Shown here piece by piece: positions 56,592 through 64,000 of a stretch of DNA of 64,000 bases (position 1 is its first letter; each line of letters begins with the position of its first letter). The stretch is from positions 5,283,461-5,347,460 of the forward strand of contig OZ242010.1 of NCBI GenBank assembly GCA_965204745.1. Reading direction: 5' to 3'. Both the position numbers and the translations under genes were made by a program. The stretch comes from Candidatus Latescibacterota bacterium (lineage in GTDB: Bacteria; Latescibacterota; UBA2968). The notes beneath the pieces were generated by a model, which did not search any database, had not been told where the DNA came from, and worked only from the letters and a program-made list of their open reading frames with translations.

Positions 56592-56620
56592 TTGACATCG
56601 CAAAAATTATTTATTAGCAT
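56592..56620 (+). promoter_or_regulatory. Candidate sigma70 promoter (TTGACA-17nt-TAGCAT) in divergent uvrA / M28-FtsX intergenic region
   Basis: TTGACA at 56592-56597. AT-rich spacer. TAGCAT at 56615-56620. Confidence 0.3.
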
Positions 56621-56763
56621 AAAATTCGCTTTGTTTGGATCCGTAAGGAGATATGGACGATAGCCTGCTCGTTCCCCTGCCTCTGGCTGTAAAAGTCCTA
56701 CATCGCGCCTAATTAGACTTGGAAACCGGATCGTCGTTTTCGCCTTTTAACAGGAGCTTTGCA

Positions 56764-59700
56764 ATGCGTAAAGTCGGCACAGGCATTCTTTGGGTCATCA
56801 CGATTTTGATGTTGTCGTCGGTGACTGTGTTCAACCCGGGGCAGGTGACGGATTTTTTCGTCACGCTTTTCAATATCAAACCGAGCATTCCCGAGCTCAA
56901 GCCCATCGAGATTTCGGAACGCGACCGCGAGATTCGGACCGTTGTCGAGTCCATTGCCCAAGAAGACGTGCGCCAAGTCATCGCGGACCTCTCGGCGATG
57001 GGATCGCGGGTGCCGGGCTATGCGGGGCATCGGCAGGCGTTTGAATACGTCAAACGGCAGTTTGAACAAATCGGTCTGGAAAACATCCAAGTCGAAGAAC
57101 ACCTGGTCACGGTGCCCATCGACAAAGGCGCGGCCCTTACCCTGACGGAAACCGGCGAAAAAATCGAGATTTACGGGTTCTGGCCGAACCACGTTCAAAC
57201 GCCTTCCATCCCCGGGGCCGGGGTTTCTGGCCCCCTGATTTACGGAGGCAAGGGGGCGTTTTCAGAACTCAATGGCAAACGGGTTGAAGGCAGCATCGTG
57301 TTGATGGATTTCGATTGCGACCAAGGATATCTCAGCCCGCGCATGCTCGGCGCGCAGGCGATTTTGTTTTACGACAATGGGCGCGTCACCCGAGGGCAAG
57401 CGATAGACAAGTTCTTGCCGGTGCCGGTTGACGTGCCCCGGTTCTGGGTGGAGAAAGCCGACGCGATGCGCCTGCTCGAGATGGCCGAAACCCAATCGCC
57501 AGAAGTGCATTTGACGTCGCGGATGGACTGGGAAGAAGTCCCGGCGTGGAACATCTTTGCCACCTTGCCCGGCTCGGATACGTATATCACCGAGCGCGAA
57601 GAGCGCAAGTGGAAGGATCAGCAAATCGCGTTGAGCGCGTTTTACGACGCGATTTCAGTCGTGCCCGCAATCGCGCCGGGCGCCGAGAACGCCTCGGGCA
57701 TGGCCGCGCTGTTGCACGCGGCGAAAATCCTCAAGCGGCATCCGCCGAAATACTCCGTGACCTTTTTGGCGACTGGCTCGCACTTTCAGGGCTTGGCCGG
57801 CATCAACGATTTCGTGTATCACCACGCGCGCGAAAGCGACCACTTCCGCGACAAAATTCCGGATAGTTTGTCCGCCGAGGGCGCGTATCTCGACGGGGAG
57901 TTCATTCACCGAGACAGCGAGGATTTCGAGGAGCTCATCCCGGACAGTTACAAGATCGACTTTCGGTTGTTCGTGGGCTTGGACTTGTCGAGCGAATCCG
58001 ACCAGTTGGCGAGTTTTTCGCACGGCACGTTTAACAACCCCAACTGGCAGACCGACAATTATCTGAACAATTTGCTCGCGCCTTATGCGGACAAGTTCGA
58101 CAAGTACATGGCCAAGGTTTTTCCCGGAGAGGAAAACCGGCATGTGGATGCCATCGCCCCGCCCAAGCGCACCTGGAAAAATTTCATGCCCATTCGCATG
58201 GGCTTCGACAGCGAGGCGGTCACGTTTGTGGGCAAAGAGGGCATTACCCTGGCCACGCCCTCGACCGTGCGTCGATTTGTCGATACGCCCATCGACCAGG
58301 TGGAGCGCGTCAACATGGACAATTTGACGCGCCAAGTGCAAACCGCGGTTGCGGCGATGATGAAGGCCGGCGAGGATGCCGAGTTTTTCAGGGTGTCCAA
58401 GCTCAAGTTGCAAGACCGCGGGCACAGCTTGTCCGGGCGCGTGTTGTGGTTTGACCGCAATGTGGATTTCGCCTTGCCCCGCGTGCCGGTGCCGGGCGCC
58501 GTGGTCACGTATCGGCAACCGGGCAATGTGCCGAGTTGTGCGGGCGTCCGCACCTTGATCATCGACAAGACCACGCGCGGGCCGATTTACGATGTCGATA
58601 AATTGGCGGGCGGCAGGACCGATGTGGATCCCAACTTGTTTGGCAAAGAGGAGCGCGTCAAAGAAACCGGGGTGTTTTCCTTCGACATTATGCGGAACCG
58701 CTTTACCAATCGCATTTTGTCCTACGACATTGACGAGGAGGGCAGAATCACGTCCGCGCCGGATATGGGGTCCGAAGGCGAGGACAAGTTCCCCTTGCTC
58801 CAGCGGTATGGCTGGTGGGAAAACGAAATGATAACGGTGTTGTTCAAGTGCCGCTCCATCAGCGTTTTTGAAATCATCGACTCGAGTTATTTGTCCGCGC
58901 TCGATTTTATGACCGTGCTCAACGAGAACGACACCACGCCCCTGGAATTTGGCAACACGTACTTGCCCGGGCAAAGCACCAAAGAGGGCGATGTGACGCG
59001 CGCCGCGGTGACATTTGCGCGCATCGATGAAGTCACGGGCGAGGCCGAGCGCCTGAAGGTGTTGATGAGCACGGGCCTGTTTGGGGTGAAGTACTTGCTG
59101 ATCAACGCGCCGCAGGAATTTTTGGACACGCCGATTGACAAGAGCCAAGTGAATCCCACGCTCTTGGAAGAGGCGCGGGGCGAGGGCTACGCGCCCGGGG
59201 TCATTTTCCGACCCTCGTATCAGGCGGCGCGAGATATGTGGGTCATCGACGACGTGCGGATGAAACAACTCGCGCAATTCGGCATTGAGAACAACCGCCT
59301 CACCCTGTTGCACAACAGCGCGCGCGAGGCCCTCCTCGAAGCCCGCCAATACCTGGAAAATTTGGATTACGAAGGCTTTATGGCCGCTTCGCGGCGCGCC
59401 TGGGGCCTCGAGGCACGCGGGTACCCAGAGGTGATGGCAACGGCCAACGACACGGTGCGGGGCATTATTTTTTATTTTATTTTGCTGCTCCCGTTTTCGT
59501 TTTTCTGCGAGCGGTTGTTGATCGGCGCGTCGAGCATTACGGCGCGCTTGAGTTGGTTCGCCGCGTTTTTCATATTTTTCTTCATCGTGTTGCGCTTCGT
59601 CCACCCGGCCTTTCAGCTGAGCAATTCCCCGTACATCATCTTTCTCGCATTTGTGATCATGGCCTTGGGCGGGGTGGCCATGGTCATCGTGGTGTCCAAA

Positions 59701-61617
59701 TTCGGGGACGAAGTTCGCAAGATGAAACAGGCTTCTGCCGGCACGTACGAAGCGGACGTGGGGCGCATCAGCGCGACGTCGGCCGCGGTCGTGCTGGGGA
59801 TTTCCAACCTGCGGAAGCGGCCCATGCGAACCGGGTTGACGGCGATTACCCTCACCTTGTTGACGTTCACAACCCTGTCCTTTACGTCCGTGCAAACGTC
59901 CCTGAAATTTTACAAATTGCCCCGCGACAACGAGCCGTCTTACCAAGGGGCATTGGTGCGCGACCGGTCGTGGCGCGGCATGCAGGAATCCGTGCTCAAC
60001 TACTTGCACAGCGCGTTTGAGGGCCGCGCGGATATCGTGCCGCGGTCGTGGTATTTGTCGCAGGTGCGCGGGGAACGCGCTTACGTGAATTTTTCGCGCG
60101 TGACCGAGGCCACCGCAGATATGGGCCCCAAAGAGATTTACGCGGATTTCGACGTGGGCATCACCACGGGCAAAGACAGCTTTGTCAACGCGCTATTGGG
60201 CCTCACCCCGGACGAAACCAAAATCACCGGCGCGGATCGGTATTTGATGAGCGGGCGGTGGTTCCAGCCCGGGGAGGAGTTCGTCTGCTTGTTGCCCAAT
60301 GACTTGGCGGAACTCGTGGGGATTTTCCCGGAAGACGCGGGCACGGCGAAAATCGAAATGCAGGGGCAGATTTTTACCGTGATCGGCATTCTCGATTCCG
60401 AGGCGTTTAATAAGTTCAAGGATTTGGACGACGAAAAGCTGACCCCGGTCGATACGGTGAAGGAAAAAGACGACTTGGCAGACGCGCAAGACCAAGACCC
60501 GCGCGTGGTCGCCGCCGCGCCTATCGAAACCTTTACGCATCTGGAATCGACGAATGTGCTCGTCGTGCCCTACGAGTACATCCGCGACATCGGGGGCGTG
60601 TTGGCGTCGGTTGCTATCGCCAATTTCAAGGATGACAGCGGGCAGCCCAAATCGGATTTCGTGCCGGATATCGAGGAGTTCATGGCGCGCGTGTCCCTGA
60701 CGATGTTCGTGGGCAAAGGCGAAGGCGTCACGGTGTACAGTTCGATAGGGTCCACATCGCTTTCCGGCTTGGGCAATTTGTTCATTCCCATTTTGATCGC
60801 CGCGCTCATCGTGCTCAATACCATGATGGGCGCCGTGTACGAACGCTTCCGCGAGATCGGGATTTATTCATCGGTGGGCTTGGCGCCCAATCACATCGCC
60901 GCGCTTTTCCTCGCCGAGGCCGGCGTGTTTGCCACCCTCGGCGCGGTGATGGGCTATTTGATCGGACAGGTGCTCGTGCTCGTGTTGTACAACCAGGGCT
61001 TGTTGGGCGGGCTGGAATTGAATTACTCGTCCCTGTCCGCGATTTCCGCCACCCTGATCGTGATGGCAACGGTGTTTCTCTCCGCGCTTTATCCGGCGAA
61101 AAAAGCCGCGGATATGGCCGTGCCCGACGTGACCCGCAAGTGGGAATTTCCAGATCCGGATGGGGACCGCTGGGTGTTCGACTTTCCCTTTACCGTGGGC
61201 GGGGCCGAGGTCTTGGGCATGTATTCCTATCTGACGCGGGTGTTCGAATCTTATGGCGAGGGGTCCGTAGGCGATTTCGTGGCGGACCACGTCAAGTTCT
61301 GGTCCGAGGATCACGCGGGCGAGCCGCAGTACAATATCGACCTGACCGCGTGGTTGGCGCCTTATGATTTGGGCATCAGCCAGGAAGTGCAACTCAAGGC
61401 GATTCCCACGGGGGAACACAATATTTACAAGATCGAGGTGATCATCAATCGCTTGAGTGGCGATGTGGCGTCGTGGAAGCGGATCAATCGCGGATTTTTG
61501 AATGTGCTGCGTAAGCGGTTCCTGGTGTGGCGCACCATTCCGGGGGACATGAAGTTCAATTACGCAGAAGAAGGCCGCCGGATCTTGTCTGGCGAAGTTT
61601 TGGAAGAAGTCGCATAA
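56764..61617 (+). CDS. Fusion protein: N-terminal PA/M28 zinc peptidase ectodomain + MacB/FtsX-type permease (4 TM with large periplasmic domain) + C-terminal cytoplasmic domain
   Basis: AGGAG 8 nt before ATG 56764. M28 signatures (...PGAENASGMAALLHAAKIL, HH pairs). TM cluster. MacB-like TM1 LRKRPMRTGLTAITLTLLTF. FtsX core LNTMMGAVYERFREIGIYSSVGLAPNHIAALFLAEAGVFATLGAV. ~170-aa C-terminal tail. Confidence 0.7.
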   Translation: MRKVGTGILWVITILMLSSVTVFNPGQVTDFFVTLFNIKPSIPELKPIEISERDREIRTVVESIAQEDVRQVIADLSAMGSRVPGYAGHRQAFEYVKRQFEQIGLENIQVEEHLVTVPIDKGAALTLTETGEKIEIYGFWPNHVQTPSIPGAGVSGPLIYGGKGAFSELNGKRVEGSIVLMDFDCDQGYLSPRMLGAQAILFYDNGRVTRGQAIDKFLPVPVDVPRFWVEKADAMRLLEMAETQSPEVHLTSRMDWEEVPAWNIFATLPGSDTYITEREERKWKDQQIALSAFYDAISVVPAIAPGAENASGMAALLHAAKILKRHPPKYSVTFLATGSHFQGLAGINDFVYHHARESDHFRDKIPDSLSAEGAYLDGEFIHRDSEDFEELIPDSYKIDFRLFVGLDLSSESDQLASFSHGTFNNPNWQTDNYLNNLLAPYADKFDKYMAKVFPGEENRHVDAIAPPKRTWKNFMPIRMGFDSEAVTFVGKEGITLATPSTVRRFVDTPIDQVERVNMDNLTRQVQTAVAAMMKAGEDAEFFRVSKLKLQDRGHSLSGRVLWFDRNVDFALPRVPVPGAVVTYRQPGNVPSCAGVRTLIIDKTTRGPIYDVDKLAGGRTDVDPNLFGKEERVKETGVFSFDIMRNRFTNRILSYDIDEEGRITSAPDMGSEGEDKFPLLQRYGWWENEMITVLFKCRSISVFEIIDSSYLSALDFMTVLNENDTTPLEFGNTYLPGQSTKEGDVTRAAVTFARIDEVTGEAERLKVLMSTGLFGVKYLLINAPQEFLDTPIDKSQVNPTLLEEARGEGYAPGVIFRPSYQAARDMWVIDDVRMKQLAQFGIENNRLTLLHNSAREALLEARQYLENLDYEGFMAASRRAWGLEARGYPEVMATANDTVRGIIFYFILLLPFSFFCERLLIGASSITARLSWFAAFFIFFFIVLRFVHPAFQLSNSPYIIFLAFVIMALGGVAMVIVVSKFGDEVRKMKQASAGTYEADVGRISATSAAVVLGISNLRKRPMRTGLTAITLTLLTFTTLSFTSVQTSLKFYKLPRDNEPSYQGALVRDRSWRGMQESVLNYLHSAFEGRADIVPRSWYLSQVRGERAYVNFSRVTEATADMGPKEIYADFDVGITTGKDSFVNALLGLTPDETKITGADRYLMSGRWFQPGEEFVCLLPNDLAELVGIFPEDAGTAKIEMQGQIFTVIGILDSEAFNKFKDLDDEKLTPVDTVKEKDDLADAQDQDPRVVAAAPIETFTHLESTNVLVVPYEYIRDIGGVLASVAIANFKDDSGQPKSDFVPDIEEFMARVSLTMFVGKGEGVTVYSSIGSTSLSGLGNLFIPILIAALIVLNTMMGAVYERFREIGIYSSVGLAPNHIAALFLAEAGVFATLGAVMGYLIGQVLVLVLYNQGLLGGLELNYSSLSAISATLIVMATVFLSALYPAKKAADMAVPDVTRKWEFPDPDGDRWVFDFPFTVGGAEVLGMYSYLTRVFESYGEGSVGDFVADHVKFWSEDHAGEPQYNIDLTAWLAPYDLGISQEVQLKAIPTGEHNIYKIEVIINRLSGDVASWKRINRGFLNVLRKRFLVWRTIPGDMKFNYAEEGRRILSGEVLEEVA

Positions 61618-61651
61618 CGCGCATTCGTGGATTCCTTACCGGGAGGCAATT

Positions 61652-63706
61652 TTGGCAACCGAACCGAGAGATGCGGAAGAAACAAAAGAGGACCTGGCGG
61701 AATACGAACAAATTATGCCAGAGGACGCGCCCTTTGAAGAGGGCTTTGGCTGGAAGACGATTTGGGCGACGGTGTTCGTGGGCTTGGTGATGCTGCCCGG
61801 CGCGATTTATCTGGGCTTGGTGACGGGCCAAAGCATGGCCGGCGCGTCCGAGTGGGTGACGATCATTCTCTTTCTCGAGATTGCCAAACGCTCGTTTGTG
61901 CGCCTCAAAACGCAGGAAATTTTGATCATCTACTGGGTGGCCGCGGGCCTGTTGGGCATCGGCGTGAAACTCGGCTCGGGCGCGCATCTGTACGGCGGGC
62001 CTTTTGGCGGCCTGATCTGGGACCAGTATTTGATTCAATCGCCCGCGGCAATGGGCCTGGATAAATACATTCCCAACTGGGTGACGCCCCCGCTCGATTC
62101 GCCCGTGTATGCGGACCGCACCTTCGTCCATCAGGACTGGGCTTTGCCGGTGTTGATTCTGTTCTTGGTCATGATCATCAACCAGACTGCGCGCTTGTCC
62201 TTTGGGTACGTGATGTTCCGCATTACCAGCGATATCGAGCAACTGCCCTTTCCGCTCGAGCCGGTTCACGCGCGCGGGTGTACTGCACTGGCCGAGACCT
62301 CGTCCAAGACCGAGGGTTGGCGGTGGCGCGTGTTTAGCACGGGGACGTGTATTGGGCTCGTCTGGGGCTTGCTCTACGTGGTCGTGCCCACATTGTCCGG
62401 CATTTTCCTAACCGAGACCGTTCAGGTCTTGCCCATTCCATTTATCGACTTTACGGCCGAGGTCAAGACCATCTTGCCCGCTGCGGTGTTTGGACTGGGA
62501 ACGGATTTGGGGCATGTGTTGCTCGGGTTCGTCCTGCCGTTCTACGTGGTGGTCGGGTCCTTTATCGGCGCGGTGCTCGGCAATTTGGTGATCAATCCCA
62601 TGCTCTATCTCCACACGGATGTGTTGAGCCGCTGGGCGCCTGGCATGACGGCGATTCCCGCGAGCATTTCCAATCGCTTCGACTTCTGGTTGAGCTTTGG
62701 GATCGGCACGTCTATCGTGATCGCGCTCACCGGGTTTTACATGGTGGGCAAAACCCTGCTGGAACAGCGCAAGATGCAACGGGAAACCGGGCATCATTCC
62801 CTAAAAATTAGCCTGGATGATTTGCCAGAAGGGCGCGGGGATATCGCGCTGAAGTGGCCCCTGGTCTTGTGGGTGCTGGCTTCTTTTGCCGCCATTGGCT
62901 TGTGCTATTGGCTCGTGCCCGAATTTCACTGGGGTTGGCTGGTTTTCTTCGCGTTTATTTATACGCCTGTGTCGTCTTATATCGGCGCGCGGATGATCGG
63001 CCTGACGGGCAGCCCTTATGGAGCGAGCATTCCCTATATTCGGGAAGCGGCCATTTTGCTGTCGGGGTACAAGGGCGTGGCCGTGTGGTTCGCCCCCATT
63101 CCCCTGCACGACCACGGGTTGGCCGTGCGGTCATTCAAGCAACTGGAATTGACCAAGACGAAGATCGGCAGTTATGTCAAAATGGTGGCGATCACGTCGG
63201 TTGTGATTTTCCTGTGTAGCTTCATGTTCTACGAGTTTATCTGGCGTTTGGGCCCCATTCCATCTTCGACTTATCCCTACGTGCAACTGTTCTGGCCCTT
63301 TGAAGCCACGATGCAGACGATGTGGCTCAAATCGACTTTGCCCCCCGGCGAAGTGCAGGGCGCCGCTGGTTTGGAACTCCTGCGGGATATCATCAAGCCG
63401 AAATACATCGGCGTCGGGTTGGTTTCGGGCGGGCTTATCTACGTGGCACTGGTCGCCATCAAGGTTCCCGTGCTGGCGTTTTTCGGATTTGTGAATGGCC
63501 TGGCCCAATGGCCGCACTTCGTCATTTTGAACTTTGCCGGCGCCATGCTCGGTCGCTACCATTTTTCCAAGCGGTTCGGCGAGTCCAAATGGAAGGCTTA
63601 CGCGCCGATTTTGTTGGCGGGCTATTCCTGCGGCATGGGCCTGATCGGCATGACTTCGATAGCCGTGGCGCTGATTTCCAAGGCCGTGTCTCAGGTGGTG
63701 TTTTGA
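61652..63706 (+). CDS. Polytopic membrane protein (>=14 TM), putative OPT-family oligopeptide transporter
   Basis: 684 aa, very hydrophobic with regularly spaced TM helices. 35 nt downstream of the M28-FtsX gene (operon). Family assignment is tentative. Confidence 0.4.
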   Translation: MATEPRDAEETKEDLAEYEQIMPEDAPFEEGFGWKTIWATVFVGLVMLPGAIYLGLVTGQSMAGASEWVTIILFLEIAKRSFVRLKTQEILIIYWVAAGLLGIGVKLGSGAHLYGGPFGGLIWDQYLIQSPAAMGLDKYIPNWVTPPLDSPVYADRTFVHQDWALPVLILFLVMIINQTARLSFGYVMFRITSDIEQLPFPLEPVHARGCTALAETSSKTEGWRWRVFSTGTCIGLVWGLLYVVVPTLSGIFLTETVQVLPIPFIDFTAEVKTILPAAVFGLGTDLGHVLLGFVLPFYVVVGSFIGAVLGNLVINPMLYLHTDVLSRWAPGMTAIPASISNRFDFWLSFGIGTSIVIALTGFYMVGKTLLEQRKMQRETGHHSLKISLDDLPEGRGDIALKWPLVLWVLASFAAIGLCYWLVPEFHWGWLVFFAFIYTPVSSYIGARMIGLTGSPYGASIPYIREAAILLSGYKGVAVWFAPIPLHDHGLAVRSFKQLELTKTKIGSYVKMVAITSVVIFLCSFMFYEFIWRLGPIPSSTYPYVQLFWPFEATMQTMWLKSTLPPGEVQGAAGLELLRDIIKPKYIGVGLVSGGLIYVALVAIKVPVLAFFGFVNGLAQWPHFVILNFAGAMLGRYHFSKRFGESKWKAYAPILLAGYSCGMGLIGMTSIAVALISKAVSQVVF

Positions 63707-63787
63707 ACTGGAACTTTTAATCGGGCATGGGTCGTCTAAGGGGTTGCGATGCATGCCCAATTTCACCCTTTTTCAAAGGAGCAACAA

Positions 63788-64000
63788 GATGCAGAGGTTT
63801 CGACTTTTCGGGGTTTTGGCGATGGCGATGCTCATCGCAACCGCCTGCGACGTGTGGGCACAGCCGAGAGGCGATGGCGGTGGTCAAGGCCGGCGCGGCG
63901 GGGTTCAGGTGCAGCGATTTTTGCCCGTGGAACAAGTGCTGAGTTATTTGGCATTTAACGACAATATCGCCCTGACGGACGAACAACTCGCCGAGGTGCG
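63788..64000 (+). CDS. Secreted hypothetical protein, 3'-partial
   Basis: AAGGAG 8 nt upstream of ATG 63788. Signal peptide MQRFRLFGVLAMAMLIATACDVWA. Open to the end of the window. Confidence 0.3.

Noticed and set aside
57655-60009. 784-aa minus-strand ORF antisense to the M28-FtsX gene
   Set aside because: Antisense of a strongly supported CDS. His/Arg/Gly-rich composition.

Overview
High-GC (~60-65%) bacterial chromosomal segment with a mosaic of housekeeping genes and lower-GC inserted cassettes. Gene content (PhyH expansion, giant surface proteins, CxxCH enzymes, isolated murD) is consistent with a Planctomycetes/PVC-like genome, but this is not proven.

Main features, in order:
- 5'-partial RND efflux pump, NHL beta-propeller protein, anion permease, a sigma-70 factor with a consensus promoter, and an isolated murD.
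- Secreted LRR protein.
- A ~12.4 kb giant surface-protein gene (23060->10610, minus). It encodes a signal peptide, six [Ca-loop + GLUG domain + 3 FN3] modules, three Calx-beta domains and dockerin-like repeats. It is split by a 1-nt frameshift at ~17988. Upstream lie a 17-nt poly-C tract and a translationally coupled leader uORF; downstream, a 4-nt-overlapping 64-aa dockerin ORF.
- PhyH dioxygenase, HMA metallochaperone-like lipoprotein and a CusA/CzcA heavy-metal RND pump.
- Operon of a thioredoxin-fold protein and a secreted PHM/DBH-like copper monooxygenase carrying an N-terminal CxxCH motif and a C-terminal dockerin.
- Low-GC type II R-M pair (gamma-class N6A methyltransferase and PD-ExK endonuclease).
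- UxaC-like isomerase and HAD hydrolase.
- Solo TnpB (IS200/IS605-family) element.
- Three more PhyH paralogues (four in total).
- RNase H-like exonuclease.
- A dpp/opp-type ABC operon with a low-GC McrB-like GTPase gene inserted between the binding-protein and permease genes, with no intact mcrC.
- HigBA-like toxin-antitoxin pair.
- A defence cassette: a 600-aa hypothetical protein, a small Gly-rich ORF, a prokaryotic viperin (pVip, radical SAM) and a cytidylate-kinase C-terminal remnant.
- uvrA.
- A 1617-aa fusion of an M28 peptidase with a MacB/FtsX-type permease, followed by a polytopic OPT-like membrane protein.

Intergenic DNA is riddled with at least five families of small dispersed or tandem repeats (MITE/REP-like).
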